NCBI GenBank assembly: GCA_963681965.1
Contig: OY820579.1
Location: forward strand, 1,376,001 to 1,440,000
Direction: 5' to 3'
Source of the DNA: a bacterium
GTDB taxonomy: Bacteria > Electryoneota > JAOADG01
Length of the DNA: 64,000 nt
A program made the translations under genes and the position numbers. Below, in pieces: positions 1-10,656 of the stretch. Below the pieces are notes generated by a model that was given only the letters and a program-made list of their open reading frames with translations, was not told the origin of the DNA and ran no database searches. The stretch's first letter is position 1. Each line of letters starts with the position of its first letter.

Positions 1-603
1 GCCATCATGGGTCCGTCGGGTTCCGGTAAATCGACATTGATGAATATGATCGGTTGTCTCGACACACCGACTTCCGGCTCATACTTCCTTGATGGAACCG
101 ATGTTTCCCGGATGAGCGACGATGATCTTGCTGCTGTTCGCAATCGGAAAATTGGTTTTGTATTTCAGACTTTCAACTTGTTGGCTCGCGCCGATGCGTT
201 GCATAATGTCGAACTCCCCTTGATTTATGCCGGTGTTCCTGCAGTAGAGCGTAAGCGTCGCGCGCAAGAGATGTTGGATCGCGTCGGTCTTGGCGATCGA
301 ATGCACCATCGTCCGAATGAGTTGTCCGGTGGTCAACGGCAACGTGTGGCTATCGCGCGCGCATTGATCAATAATCCATCAATTCTGCTAGCCGACGAAC
401 CGACGGGAAATCTCGATTCGAAAACCGGCGATGAAATCATGGCGTTGATCGATCAACTTTATGCCGCCGGGAATACGATTGTCCTGGTGACTCATGAAGA
501 AACCATCGCAGAGTATGCTCGTCGTATCGTTCGACTATTCGACGGTATGGTTCACTCCGATTCACCTAATACTGTTCGACGCACCAGTACAGTTGAAGCC
601 TGA
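1..603 (+). CDS. ABC transporter ATP-binding protein, MacB/LolD family (5' end outside window)
   Basis: Walker [10 protein letters not shown], signature LSGGQRQR, Walker [14 protein letters not shown]-loop VTHE; frame is open from position 1. Confidence 0.95.
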   Translation, partial: AIMGPSGSGKSTLMNMIGCLDTPTSGSYFLDGTDVSRMSDDDLAAVRNRKIGFVFQTFNLLARADALHNVELPLIYAGVPAVERKRRAQEMLDRVGLGDRMHHRPNELSGGQRQRVAIARALINNPSILLADEPTGNLDSKTGDEIMALIDQLYAAGNTIVLVTHEETIAEYARRIVRLFDGMVHSDSPNTVRRTSTVEA

Positions 604-605
604 TT

Positions 606-1841
606 ATGACCAAACTTGACGTCATCGGTTTCATCCTTCGCGAATGCTGGGGTGCCGCGATTAAGTCGCTGCGCGCCAACAAGACTCGTACGCTGTTGGC
701 TACTACCGGTATTATCATGGGAGTGGCAACCGTCTGTACGATGCTTGCAATCATTCAAGGATTGAACAAAGCGTTTGCAAGTCAATTTGCTACGCTCGGA
801 ACCGGTACGTTGTACATACAAAAATGGCCGTGGGTTGTCATGGACAACTGGTGGGTCTATATGAATCGCAAGGAAATCAAATACGAGAATTTTAAATTTC
901 TGCGCGAAAATTCCGAACTTGCGCAAGCAATCACTGGCGTGAATTTCGTCAACTCCAATGTGAAAGGACGCGACGTTACTTTGTTACGTGTTGCCTGTTA
1001 TGGAGTAGATGAAAAATACCTTGATGTGCGCGGTGGCGATGTCGAGAATGGTCGGTTTTTTACTGCCGAAGATGTGAACAATTCACGTGCCTTTGCCGTG
1101 ATTGGGCAGGATGTTGCCGATGAATTATTCGGCATGTTCGACCCGATCGGTCGCGAAATTAAAATTGGACCCTTACCGTTTACGGTAATTGGTTTACTGA
1201 CAAAGCAGGGAAAATCGTTTGGTGAATCACTCGATAAATTTGTAATGATTCCCTATCAAACCTCGCTTCGATATACCGGTCGACACTCATCGATCGCGAT
1301 CATCGCCAAAGCTGCCGATCCCGCCGAAGCCGATGAATTGGAGAGCGAGTTAACCGGTCTGATGCGGGTTACCCGTAAATTGAAACCTCATCAGGAAAAC
1401 GACTTTTCGATCAATCGCCAGAATGCACTGGATGAATTCTATAAAAGCATCACTGGTGGTGTCTACACTGCCGGTATCCTCATTGCCGGGATCTCGTTGC
1501 TCGTCGGCGGAATCGGTATTATGAATATCATGTTGGTTTCGGTAACGGAACGAACCAACGAAATTGGAATGCGTAAAGCACTCGGTGCGACTCGTGCATA
1601 TATCCTCCTCCAATTCTTGATCGAATCTGCAATCATTTGTGCGGTAGGCGGTTTTTTCGGTCTATTGATGTCGTTTGGTTTCAGTGAGTTGATTTCAAAA
1701 TCGCTACCGACTTCGATCCCGATTTGGTTGGCGTTGGGAGCAATCGTGTTTTCGGCATTTGTCGGAATTCTCTTTGGTTTGTATCCCGCAGCTCGCGCAG
1801 CCAAGTTGCACCCGATTGATGCGCTCCATTACGAGGCTTAA
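606..1841 (+). CDS. ABC transporter permease, MacB/FtsX family
   Basis: N-terminal TM, periplasmic domain, GGIGIMNIMLVSVTERTNEIGMRKALGA motif, ends HPIDALHYE. Confidence 0.93.
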   Translation: MTKLDVIGFILRECWGAAIKSLRANKTRTLLATTGIIMGVATVCTMLAIIQGLNKAFASQFATLGTGTLYIQKWPWVVMDNWWVYMNRKEIKYENFKFLRENSELAQAITGVNFVNSNVKGRDVTLLRVACYGVDEKYLDVRGGDVENGRFFTAEDVNNSRAFAVIGQDVADELFGMFDPIGREIKIGPLPFTVIGLLTKQGKSFGESLDKFVMIPYQTSLRYTGRHSSIAIIAKAADPAEADELESELTGLMRVTRKLKPHQENDFSINRQNALDEFYKSITGGVYTAGILIAGISLLVGGIGIMNIMLVSVTERTNEIGMRKALGATRAYILLQFLIESAIICAVGGFFGLLMSFGFSELISKSLPTSIPIWLALGAIVFSAFVGILFGLYPAARAAKLHPIDALHYEA

Positions 1842-1895
1842 TCGATTGCTTCACCTTCTATCTATTGTCGATCGTATAAAAAAGAAGAACCCAAG

Positions 1896-3119
1896 ATGAT
1901 TGTTAAAGAAATGATTAACCTATCGCTGACCGCCATCTGGTCGCACCGCTTACGAAGCGGTTTGACACTACTTGGCGTGGTGATCGGAGTCGGTGCAATC
2001 ATTTCCATGATGGCAATCATCACCGGACTGCAAAATAAAATCGATGAGGAGTTGAGTGGCTTGTCTGCGGGAACCTTCCAGATTCAACGCTTCGACGCCA
2101 CCGTTGGATTCGACGAGCATCATCGTGATCGCTATCGACCGCCAATTAAATGGGAGTACATACGGTATATCAGCGAGCTTCCTACGGTATCATCGGTCGG
2201 TGCCGAATCGTGGCAATGGGGTCAAACACTATCTTCCGAGAAAGTCCAAACAAATCCGAACGTTAGTGTTGCCGGCGGTACGACGGAATTTGCGATCAAC
2301 AATGGCTATGCGATTGACCGGGGGCGTTTCTTTACTGAATCTGAAGTCAACGATCAACGGCAGGTTGTCGTCATTGGAAGTAAACTGGCGGATAAATTGT
2401 TCACATCCCATGAGGCGCTGGGGCAATGGATTCGCATTACGGGAAAACCATTTCAAATCATCGGAATTTTTCAAGAAAAGGGTGAGATGTTCGAAGGGGG
2501 AAATAAAAATTTCTTTGCTGTAATCCCCTTGAGTAGTTATGAACGAATTTTCGGTCTTCCCCGCGGTGTGATGATTACGGTCAATGCCAAACACGCTTCT
2601 TTGATGGATCAAGCAATGGAAGATTGTCGCGTGATGTTACGTTCGTTGCGCCATTTAAAACCACAAGAACCGGATAACTTTGCGATTTGGAACAATCAGC
2701 AAATTCTCGATGCCTTCAACAACTTTACGAAATGGATCAAGATCGCCGCGGTGGGTATTGTTGCGATCTCTTTGTTAGTCGCTGGTATCGGCATCATGAA
2801 CATTATGTTGGTTTCGGTTACCGAACGTACCCGCGAAATTGGCGTTCGCAAAGCGCTAGGTAGTACTCGTCGAGATATTCTTACGCAATTCTTAGTCGAA
2901 GCCGTCGTGCTTTCGGAAATCGGTGCGATTCTAGGAACGATTTTCGGTATCGGTTTTCCGCTTCTCTTGGGAGCGGCAACCAAATTCCCAGTTGGTATTC
3001 CGATCTGGACAGTCGTATTGGCATTGGTTTTCTGCAGTGTGGTTGGCGTGGTTTTTGGTGTCTGGCCTGCAATCAAAGCTTCGCGCCTCGATCCAATCGA
3101 AGCATTGCGGTATGAGTAA
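1896..3119 (+). CDS. ABC transporter permease, MacB/FtsX family (second paralog)
   Basis: GIGIMNIMLVSVTERTREIGVRKALG motif, ends LDPIEALRYE. Confidence 0.93.
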   Translation: MIVKEMINLSLTAIWSHRLRSGLTLLGVVIGVGAIISMMAIITGLQNKIDEELSGLSAGTFQIQRFDATVGFDEHHRDRYRPPIKWEYIRYISELPTVSSVGAESWQWGQTLSSEKVQTNPNVSVAGGTTEFAINNGYAIDRGRFFTESEVNDQRQVVVIGSKLADKLFTSHEALGQWIRITGKPFQIIGIFQEKGEMFEGGNKNFFAVIPLSSYERIFGLPRGVMITVNAKHASLMDQAMEDCRVMLRSLRHLKPQEPDNFAIWNNQQILDAFNNFTKWIKIAAVGIVAISLLVAGIGIMNIMLVSVTERTREIGVRKALGSTRRDILTQFLVEAVVLSEIGAILGTIFGIGFPLLLGAATKFPVGIPIWTVVLALVFCSVVGVVFGVWPAIKASRLDPIEALRYE

Positions 3120-3155
3120 GACCCACTAAACTTAGAGAATTTTGACAATCTGTAG

Positions 3156-3184
3156 CGAGTGATTAACCAATCACTCGTTTTTTT
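3156..3184 (+). terminator. Probable intrinsic terminator
   Basis: cgagtgatt-aacc-aatcactcg hairpin followed by a T run, downstream of the ABC operon. Confidence 0.65.
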
Positions 3185-3495
3185 ATTGCTAAAGCCAACT
3201 CTGACAGAAATTTATCTACCGAAACACCTTTTTATCAGTCGTATTCGATTAAATTTGGAATATGAGGGATTGTTTCACAGTAATTTGCGGTGAATTACAC
3301 CACTTCGGGCAATCATAGTATGGTAATTCAATTCAGGAAATCCTTGATTTTGTCGATCTTTAATACGAGTAAGTCGTTTCCGATTCCAATGATGCTGTCC
3401 TAGTTTCCAGAAATGTGCGATTTCTAATTTGGTGTGCAAAGTTTGTTGGTGGATGGTAATCGAGCACCTATTTTAGTAAAAAAATCGAGACCAAA

Positions 3496-4299
3496 ATGAA
3501 CTTCCATGATCATATAAAACAGATCAATCATGACCGGGGCTATCTTTGCTTAGGGTTAGATCCCGACCCCGAGAAGTTGCCTGCGGGATTGTCCGGAACA
3601 GACGGATTGTATACTTTCTGCCACAATGTATTGGTTGCGTGCGCCCCTTCGATTGCTGCCGTGAAACCCAATCTTGCTTTTTTCGAACAATTCGGCGCTC
3701 CGGGCTGGCAAGTTCTTGATCGATTGCGCGCGAATGGTCCATCCGACATCTTGTGGGTATTCGATGCGAAGCGCGGTGATATTGGCAATACTGCTAAAAG
3801 TTACGCTCGTGCGCTATTCGACGGTTTGAATGCCGATGCTGTTACCGTGAACCCGTATCTTGGTACCGATTCCGTAACTCCGTTTCTTTCGCGAGACGAT
3901 CGCGGCGTGTTTCTCCTAGCGTTAACTTCGAATTCGGGTGCAGCCGATTTTCAATATCACGGAAATCCTCCCCTTTGGCAGCGCGTCATCGAAAAAAGCT
4001 GTGAATGGGATAATAACAATCTTGGTTTTGTGGTGGGAGCTACTCGCGAAGAAGAATTAGCCGATGCCCGCATGATCGCCGGTTCACGACCGATCTTGAT
4101 ACCCGGTGTCGGTGCTCAGGGAGGATCGCTAGCGGCTGCGGTCCGAGACGGATTGGGTAACGGTAAATATACCGGTCTGATTAACTTGTCGAGAGCGATT
4201 TTGTACGCCTCGTCTGCCGGTGATTTCGCCGATCAAGCAGCGAAAGTTGCCGAGCAATACAATTTACAGATTAATGAACTAATCGGGAACCATGTCTAA
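3496..4299 (+). CDS. pyrF: Orotidine-5'-phosphate decarboxylase
   Basis: LCLGLDP, catalytic DAKRGDIGNT, TVNPYLG, LIPGVGAQGG, SRAILYAS. Confidence 0.95.
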   Translation: MNFHDHIKQINHDRGYLCLGLDPDPEKLPAGLSGTDGLYTFCHNVLVACAPSIAAVKPNLAFFEQFGAPGWQVLDRLRANGPSDILWVFDAKRGDIGNTAKSYARALFDGLNADAVTVNPYLGTDSVTPFLSRDDRGVFLLALTSNSGAADFQYHGNPPLWQRVIEKSCEWDNNNLGFVVGATREEELADARMIAGSRPILIPGVGAQGGSLAAAVRDGLGNGKYTGLINLSRAILYASSAGDFADQAAKVAEQYNLQINELIGNHV

Positions 4300-4996
4300 A
4301 AAGACTGCACTGAAATTACCGCTCCCTAAAGTGTGGGATCGTATCGAATTGATACCGTTGGAAATGCCGTCGGTAACGCCGCTCTCGTTGCGCGTTGCAG
4401 AACTTCTTACGATCGACAATGCCAAATATCGGTTTGTATTGACTGCACCGGAAGTGAGAGCCTCGGGACCATTCTCGATCGGTAATCGGTTCCTCTTACG
4501 GTACAATGTGCCAAATGGCGTTGTCGAAGCGAAAACCACACTTTTAGTTGCCGAAGATCAGACGAAAGTTCGACATTGGTTATTCGAATACCCGGACACA
4601 TTTACAATTTTACAACGTCGAACTTCGATTCGTGTTTCAGTATATTTGAATGGCGAGATCGATCTAGTTCACGAATCGATGAGTGAGAAGCGCATTGCAC
4701 AATTTTTAGGATCGGTGACTGAGTTATCTGTTGCAGCAGCGGTAATGACATTCAACTTTGATACCGATAATCGTCTTTCGGCGCGTGCGAAAGTGTATTT
4801 TCGCTTTTCATTACCGGAAATTGGTCCGATGGGTGAATTGTCTGCCAGAGTACTCCGAGTTCAAAAAATTCGAGTCAATATGCAGATTCAGACAATCGTA
4901 ACCATCCAGTTCGTTAAGATGCCCAACGTCGTGGAAAAAGCACTCGCTGAATACTGTAAAAAACGCGAGAAATTTTTGTTGGAACGACTTAAATGA
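4292..4996 (+). CDS. PilZ-domain / YcgR-like flagellar-brake-type protein
   Basis: QRRTSIRV (RxxxR) after an N-terminal beta-rich domain; second motif is degenerate (TELSVAAA); ends in a helix with ALAEYC. Confidence 0.55.
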   Translation: MSKKTALKLPLPKVWDRIELIPLEMPSVTPLSLRVAELLTIDNAKYRFVLTAPEVRASGPFSIGNRFLLRYNVPNGVVEAKTTLLVAEDQTKVRHWLFEYPDTFTILQRRTSIRVSVYLNGEIDLVHESMSEKRIAQFLGSVTELSVAAAVMTFNFDTDNRLSARAKVYFRFSLPEIGPMGELSARVLRVQKIRVNMQIQTIVTIQFVKMPNVVEKALAEYCKKREKFLLERLK

Positions 4997-5003
4997 GGAT
5001 ACT

Positions 5004-5588
5004 ATGTCTTTGACTCAGGATCAAGCAGTCGCATTACTCGAAAAATCCGGTGCACTTCTGACCGGTCATTTTATTTTAACCAGTGGATTGCATAGTGATC
5101 GCTATGTTGAGAAATTCCGGTTGCTGGAACGCCCCGAATTTTGCGCACCCTTTGCCGAAGCAATTGCCGAGCGATTTCGCGATTTGAAGCCAACAGTGGT
5201 CGTCGGTCCTGCCATGGGCGGTATTATTCTTGCCTATGAAGTTGCGCGGTTCTTGGGTGTTCGAATGGCGTTCCCGGAGCGGGTCGAAGGCAAATTCGCA
5301 TTCCGACGTGGTTTTGAGTTCTCTTCGGAAGATCGAATACTTGCAGTTGAAGATATTGTAACCACTGGTGGATCGATTCAGGAAGTAATTGATGTATTGA
5401 CCGAACAAGCCGGAAAAGTGGTTGGTTTAGGGCTTATTTGCGATCGTAGTGGCGGAAAAGTTCAATTTCCGGTGGAAACATATTCGGTTGTTCAGCTAAA
5501 TATCCAAGCTTGGAAAGCAGATGAATTACCTCCTCATTTGGTGAATACTCCAGCGGTAAAACCCGGCTCAAGAAGTTTGAAGCAATAG
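5004..5588 (+). CDS. pyrE: Orotate phosphoribosyltransferase
   Basis: GHFILTSGLHS, PRPP-binding VEDIVTTGGS. Confidence 0.95.
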   Translation: MSLTQDQAVALLEKSGALLTGHFILTSGLHSDRYVEKFRLLERPEFCAPFAEAIAERFRDLKPTVVVGPAMGGIILAYEVARFLGVRMAFPERVEGKFAFRRGFEFSSEDRILAVEDIVTTGGSIQEVIDVLTEQAGKVVGLGLICDRSGGKVQFPVETYSVVQLNIQAWKADELPPHLVNTPAVKPGSRSLKQ

Positions 5589-5613
5589 AAAAATCGTATA
5601 ATTTAGAATGACG

Positions 5614-5637
5614 GTAGCGCAGATCTTCCGATCTGCG
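5614..5637 (+). repeat. GTAG-type REP-like palindrome
   Basis: gtag-cgcagatc-ttcc-gatctgcg; same architecture as the other GTAG palindromes in the window. Confidence 0.5.
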
Positions 5638-5718
5638 TTATTCGTCTCTGTTCACAATTCTGATTGCCAGATTCCTGTTTCGGTTGAAAGCTGTACCTTA
5701 GTTAATGAGTATCGGTAA

Positions 5719-6486
5719 ATGAAAATTTGTGTGTTAGCCAGTGGATCGAGTGGAAATTGCACCTTCGTTGAATTGGAGGGGGTGCGCTTCTTAGTCGATG
5801 CCGGGATTTCTGCCAAGAGAGTTGTCGAAGGACTCCGCGATATCGATGAACGGATCGAAGATATCGAGGGAATTCTATTGACCCACGAGCATTCCGATCA
5901 TATTGCTGGAGTGCACCGTCTTCTTGACAAATTCCATCTTCGACTCTATTCCAATCGTGAAACCTTTCGCCGGCTCCATCTTACCGTTCGCTCTGGTCAA
6001 TGGATTGAACTGACACGCGAGGCATTATCGATCGGTCCGGTTCAGATCCACCCATTTGCCGTAAATCATGATGCCGCCGATCCATTTGGGTATCGGCTGG
6101 CAAATTCACATACTTCAGTCGGCGTCATTACCGATTTGGGTTCGGTCACTAATCTCGTTCGTGAACAATTGGCGGGAGTCACAGCGCTAGTAATTGAGGC
6201 GAATTACGACCATCAAATGCTGATTAATGGACCCTACCCTTGGGATTTAAAACAGCGGATTGCCTCGCGATTGGGACATTTATCGAACACCGATTGCGGA
6301 ACGTTGTTGGTCGATCAGATCCACGATGGACTTCGGAAGATTTTTCTTGCGCACCGTTCGGAACACAATAACGATCCGATTTTGTCGCTTGATACCGTTC
6401 AAAAAATCTTATCTGAAGCAAATGTCGATGCACCACCCATTTCGATTTCGCATCAACGAAAATTGTCCGATCTCTGGGTAGGATAA
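5719..6486 (+). CDS. MBL-fold metallo-hydrolase, YycJ/WalJ-like
   Basis: LASGSSGN, THEHSDH, HDAADP, IEANYD, GHLSN. Confidence 0.88.
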   Translation: MKICVLASGSSGNCTFVELEGVRFLVDAGISAKRVVEGLRDIDERIEDIEGILLTHEHSDHIAGVHRLLDKFHLRLYSNRETFRRLHLTVRSGQWIELTREALSIGPVQIHPFAVNHDAADPFGYRLANSHTSVGVITDLGSVTNLVREQLAGVTALVIEANYDHQMLINGPYPWDLKQRIASRLGHLSNTDCGTLLVDQIHDGLRKIFLAHRSEHNNDPILSLDTVQKILSEANVDAPPISISHQRKLSDLWVG

Positions 6487-6599
6487 TCAATTACTTGAAT
6501 TTGTGAGCGAATCTGGGTTTATTCGAGTTTCGATTGTATATTTTTTTGTGATTATCTAGTAATAGGTTGTTTGTCTATTTAATCGGAGGATTCCAGCGC

Positions 6600-7295
6600 A
6601 TGCGCATGATACCTATCGCAGTCTTGTCTGCAACATTCCTGCTGGCAAGTATTGGTTGTGCAAAACAGGAGAAACCAGCAGTGAGTGATACATCGAAAGC
6701 CACACCGGAAGTGGCGCAAACTTCTAAGATTGACAAATCAAAGATCGAAGCTCCGGCAGATCAAATGCCGAAATCCGATGAAGTCGCAATTATCGACGTT
6801 CAGGGATTTGGTCGAATTGTACTTGGGTTCTTCCCTGAGAAGGCACCGAAACATGTCAAGAATTTCATCGATTTGGCGAAGCAGGGCTTCTTCGATGGTA
6901 CGACCTTCCATCGCGTGATTCCCGGCTTCATGATTCAGGGTGGCGATCCTAATAGCAAGGATGATGATCCTAATAACGACGGTATGGGCGGACCGAGCAC
7001 CCGCGTGAATGCCGAATTCACCGATCTGAAGCACCTTCCCGGTACTCTTTCGATGGCGCGCTCGCAGGATCCTAATAGCGCTGGTAGTCAATTCTTTATT
7101 TGCCACAAGGCAGCAGCATTCTTAAACGGTCAATATTCGGTTTTCGGACAGGTATTGGCGGGTATGGATGTTGTAGATAAAATCGCGAATGCACCACGCG
7201 GTGCAGCCGACAATCCTTATGCGATGAACTGCTCGAATCGTCAGAAAATCGCAATGAAAGTGACAATAGCTAAGTGGAGCGAAGTCATTCAGTAA
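6600..7295 (+). CDS. Cyclophilin-type peptidyl-prolyl isomerase, lipoprotein
   Basis: FHRVIPGFMIQGGDP, SMARSQDPNSAGSQFFI; lipobox LASIGC; RBS ggagga before ATG 6600. Confidence 0.92.
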   Translation: MRMIPIAVLSATFLLASIGCAKQEKPAVSDTSKATPEVAQTSKIDKSKIEAPADQMPKSDEVAIIDVQGFGRIVLGFFPEKAPKHVKNFIDLAKQGFFDGTTFHRVIPGFMIQGGDPNSKDDDPNNDGMGGPSTRVNAEFTDLKHLPGTLSMARSQDPNSAGSQFFICHKAAAFLNGQYSVFGQVLAGMDVVDKIANAPRGAADNPYAMNCSNRQKIAMKVTIAKWSEVIQ

Positions 7296-8107
7296 CACCT
7301 GCCGAACGGTCGCTCAGTCGCGCGGAAATTCGCGAACTGACGGCACTGGCAATCAAGAAATATCGGAACGAGCGCGGTCGTACAATTGCCGAAGGGGAGC
7401 AATTGGTGGCGGAAGCGCTCGTTTCGGCTTGGTCTGTACATGAAGTCGTAGCAACCCCACAATTTATTGCTAGTAAAGGGATGATCAAGCTCTTCCCGCT
7501 GATGGCTGAGCGTGAAGTCGCACTACGATCCGTTCCCGAAGAAGTGTTGAAGAAAGTCTCGGAGTTAGCTACATCGCCCGGTGTTCTAGCGACGGTCTCG
7601 CCTCCGGTATGGGGCGACAAACCGTTCCGAACTGGCGTAGTACTCGCGTTGGATCGCATTAGCGATCCGGTCAATCTTGGATCGATCGCTCGAACGGCTT
7701 GTTTCTATGGGATTGAGCGGCTATTATTGTCGGAGGAGTGTGTCGACGTACTCAATCCGCGTGCTTTACGAGCCTCGATGGGCGGTCTGTTTTTTCTTAC
7801 GATTCTGACGACGAAATCGTTGAAAAATGAATTACGAAAATTGCAGCATGACGGAGCCAAAATTGTTGTTGCCGATGCCGTAACCGGAACGGATGTACAA
7901 CTGAATCCATCAGAGCTACCAATGGTTTTGGTGATGGGTAGCGAAGCGCATGGAATTCGACCGGAAATTATTGAAATTGCCGATTACCACTGGCGATTAA
8001 ACCCGATCGGTCGGGATTTGACACTAAATGTCGCGGCTGCGACTGCCATTTTGCTGGATCGATTTTCCCGGATGACTGCTCGGAGTATCCCCAGGGATTT
8101 TTCATGA
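7274..8107 (+). CDS. TrmH/SpoU family RNA methyltransferase (start uncertain)
   Basis: DPVNLGSIARTA, LVMGSEAHG, TLNVAAATAI SPOUT motifs. Confidence 0.88.
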   Translation: MERSHSVTPAERSLSRAEIRELTALAIKKYRNERGRTIAEGEQLVAEALVSAWSVHEVVATPQFIASKGMIKLFPLMAEREVALRSVPEEVLKKVSELATSPGVLATVSPPVWGDKPFRTGVVLALDRISDPVNLGSIARTACFYGIERLLLSEECVDVLNPRALRASMGGLFFLTILTTKSLKNELRKLQHDGAKIVVADAVTGTDVQLNPSELPMVLVMGSEAHGIRPEIIEIADYHWRLNPIGRDLTLNVAAATAILLDRFSRMTARSIPRDFS

Positions 8108-8940
8108 ATGATGCGCCGGATCGTCAGGAAGAAGAGAAAATCCCATACAGTCAATACCCGGAATTGTTTGAATCGACATGGGTGCTTATACTTACTTTGA
8201 TTTGGGGTGAATTGATGATTTGGGGATTGAAACAGCTCCCCATCAATGAACCTTTTTCACTCTGTCTGAGTACGGGTGGTTTGATCTTACCGGCACTAGT
8301 ATGGACGATGCGCAGTCGATTCACACTAAAATCGATTTTTCGGTTGCAATATCCCGGTTTTTATCATTTATTGCTTGCTATCCCATTCAGTATCGGGGTA
8401 TCGATCATTGTAGATGCTGTAGATCGATGGTGGTCCTTGTTGATTCCCCCCGATCCGGAATATGTTGCTGCTTTGTCCCGAAGTGTGACTGGTAATACCG
8501 TATACGAAGTAGTCGCGATTGTGATGGCTGCCGGATTTCTAGCACCACTTTTCGAAGAGATGCTCTTTCGCGGGTTGTTACAGGGAGTGATGGAGATTCG
8601 CACCTCCTTCTATTCCGCGATTCTATGGACAGCCGCAATATTCAGTGTTTTTCACGGTAATTTTTCGCTGCTACTGCCACTGATTCTGCTAGCGATCGTA
8701 TTGGGTGCAATGGTTTGGCGCGTCGATTCGATATTTCCAGCCGTCGTAGCACACAGTGTGAATAATCTCTTGATGCTGTATTCGATGAAGAAGCCGGATG
8801 GAGCGATATTTCCCGGTTATTTGGATGGACATCATGTCGCCCTGATTTGGTTGAGTGTCGCGATAGTATTAGCAGTAATTTCCGGTTATTTGTACTTCCG
8901 CTTTCCCGATGAAAATAGTCTTACGGAGACAACCGAATGA
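8104..8940 (+). CDS. CPBP (Abi/CAAX-II) family intramembrane metalloprotease
   Basis: EEMLFRG, FSVFH and AHSVNN motifs; multiple TM segments. Confidence 0.88.
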   Translation: MNDAPDRQEEEKIPYSQYPELFESTWVLILTLIWGELMIWGLKQLPINEPFSLCLSTGGLILPALVWTMRSRFTLKSIFRLQYPGFYHLLLAIPFSIGVSIIVDAVDRWWSLLIPPDPEYVAALSRSVTGNTVYEVVAIVMAAGFLAPLFEEMLFRGLLQGVMEIRTSFYSAILWTAAIFSVFHGNFSLLLPLILLAIVLGAMVWRVDSIFPAVVAHSVNNLLMLYSMKKPDGAIFPGYLDGHHVALIWLSVAIVLAVISGYLYFRFPDENSLTETTE

Positions 8941-9182
8941 ATGCGCTTCCCTTCAAATTCAATCCTCAGCGCCACCGTCGATTGCTTCGATTAACGAAGA
9001 TCAGGCGTATCGCGATGATGATATATATCGTTTGTCTGTCATTCTTCGGTACAGCGGCTGTATTTACATTGATGGCCCCGAAAAGCTGGGATTGGGTATT
9101 GATCGGTGGAGCCTTGTCAATCTTGAGTGGTATGTTCTTCTATTATATCTCTTCAGAGCTGAAACGGGAACATGAACATTAA
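8937..9182 (+). CDS. Small two-TM hypothetical membrane protein
   Basis: ATGA overlap with the upstream gene, overlaps the downstream gene, two hydrophobic helices. Confidence 0.65.
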   Translation: MNALPFKFNPQRHRRLLRLTKIRRIAMMIYIVCLSFFGTAAVFTLMAPKSWDWVLIGGALSILSGMFFYYISSELKREHEH

Positions 9183-10656
9183 AGTTTCGGTATTGCGAAA
9201 TCAATCGGAAATCGTACTTCGCTGCAATTCCGGCGAATACGAATTGTGCTGGAACGATCAATCGGCGCGGTTGACACTTGGTGCCGAACGCAAACTGACT
9301 TGTTCCTCAGTCATTCGAACACCTTGGTGTCGTCGCACCTATTTGGGTGATCATCCGATACCAGATAGTTTCCCGGTTGGTGTCATTGGTAAGAGTGAGA
9401 ATGGAATTGTCAGCTCGCGTCGGTGGTTGTGTTTGGAGACAACCGACCAAATCGAGAGTACCGATCCGTTATATACTCAAGCTTGTGCGATTGCGAATTC
9501 CGAAGCTACCGACGCGATCCTATCCTATCGGGATGAACGACCCAAGAGCGAAGATTTCATCACAATGGATTGGCAGAAAATTTCCACTCCCGTAGTATTT
9601 CGACCCCTTACTGACGATGCAACAATCGAGATTAAAAAAGTGCGAGTCGGTATCGGGTTTCATTGGGATACCTCACGCGATTTACTATATCGCGGAGAAA
9701 TTTCCATTCACCTTCTCGCTGATGGTTTGTGTGCAGTTATTTCGACCCCTCTGGAAGAGTATCTTGCAGTAGTGAATAGTTCTGAAATGCCCGCCGACTT
9801 ACCCCTCGAATTCTTGAAAGCGCAGACCGTTGCTGCGCGGAGTTGGTTACTGGCAAATTTGGGAACTCACCATCCCGGTGCTCCGTTCGATGTATGTTCG
9901 GATGATCACTGTCAGTGTTATCATGGTGCAATTAAGATAAAAGAGCACAGTTTACAAGCGGCGCGGGAAACCGAAAGTGAAATATTGGTGACACGAGATA
10001 CTGCTGACAACCGACGTATAACCGACGCGCGCTATGCGAAAACATGTGGGGGACGGTTTGAACCGGGTAATCGAATCTGGGGTGGAGAAACCCCTGGATT
10101 GCTCTATTCCCACGATCATTCCGATTTATCTCAAAAATCTCCGATTGCCTCGGAAACCGAAGCTTCATCAGTGATTTTGGACGAATCGATACCCGATTAC
10201 TGTAACCCAAAAAGGTTTCCCTATCCCGCATCATTAGCGTATTGTGAACCATTTTACCGCTGGCGTAAAGAACATTCTAATGCTCAAATTGCCGAATGGA
10301 TTAAACGATCGACTGGAATTGAAGTAGGTTTCATCCACGCGATTGAACCACTGAGACGTGGACCATCCGGACGATTACACCATCTCCAAGTGGCAGGTCA
10401 TCTGGCAACGGTTGAATTAAAGGGTGAATTGGCAATCCGTCGGGCGTTATCCGATTCTCATCTTCCCTCTTCCGCATTTGTGGTCGAAATTGTTGCCGAT
10501 CGAATTGTTATAGCGGGCGCGGGATGGGGACACGGAGCCGGTTTGTGTCAGACCGGAGCAGCCGTACGAGCTGGTTTGGGACAGGATTATCGAACAATTC
10601 TGTCGGCGTATTACCCGGATTCGCAAGTCGAAAAAGTACTTCAGGTAGAGCGATGA
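9172..10656 (+). CDS. SpoIID/LytB domain protein (putative peptidoglycan lytic transglycosylase)
   Basis: EEYLAVVNSSEMP, EFLKAQTVAARS, DVCSDDHCQCY, GAGWGHGAGLCQTGA, ILSAYYP. Confidence 0.88.
   Translation: MNIKVSVLRNQSEIVLRCNSGEYELCWNDQSARLTLGAERKLTCSSVIRTPWCRRTYLGDHPIPDSFPVGVIGKSENGIVSSRRWLCLETTDQIESTDPLYTQACAIANSEATDAILSYRDERPKSEDFITMDWQKISTPVVFRPLTDDATIEIKKVRVGIGFHWDTSRDLLYRGEISIHLLADGLCAVISTPLEEYLAVVNSSEMPADLPLEFLKAQTVAARSWLLANLGTHHPGAPFDVCSDDHCQCYHGAIKIKEHSLQAARETESEILVTRDTADNRRITDARYAKTCGGRFEPGNRIWGGETPGLLYSHDHSDLSQKSPIASETEASSVILDESIPDYCNPKRFPYPASLAYCEPFYRWRKEHSNAQIAEWIKRSTGIEVGFIHAIEPLRRGPSGRLHHLQVAGHLATVELKGELAIRRALSDSHLPSSAFVVEIVADRIVIAGAGWGHGAGLCQTGAAVRAGLGQDYRTILSAYYPDSQVEKVLQVER

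Noticed and set aside
3185-3495. PyrR-type attenuator upstream of pyrF
   Set aside because: Only a partial 'tttccagaaa' resemblance was seen, with no recognisable binding-loop hairpin or terminator/antiterminator pair.
10524-10652. 43-aa N-terminal extension of the PlsC-PgsA fusion in the ORF track
   Set aside because: It overlaps the SpoIID gene by ~130 nt; ATG 10653 gives a standard ATGA coupling.
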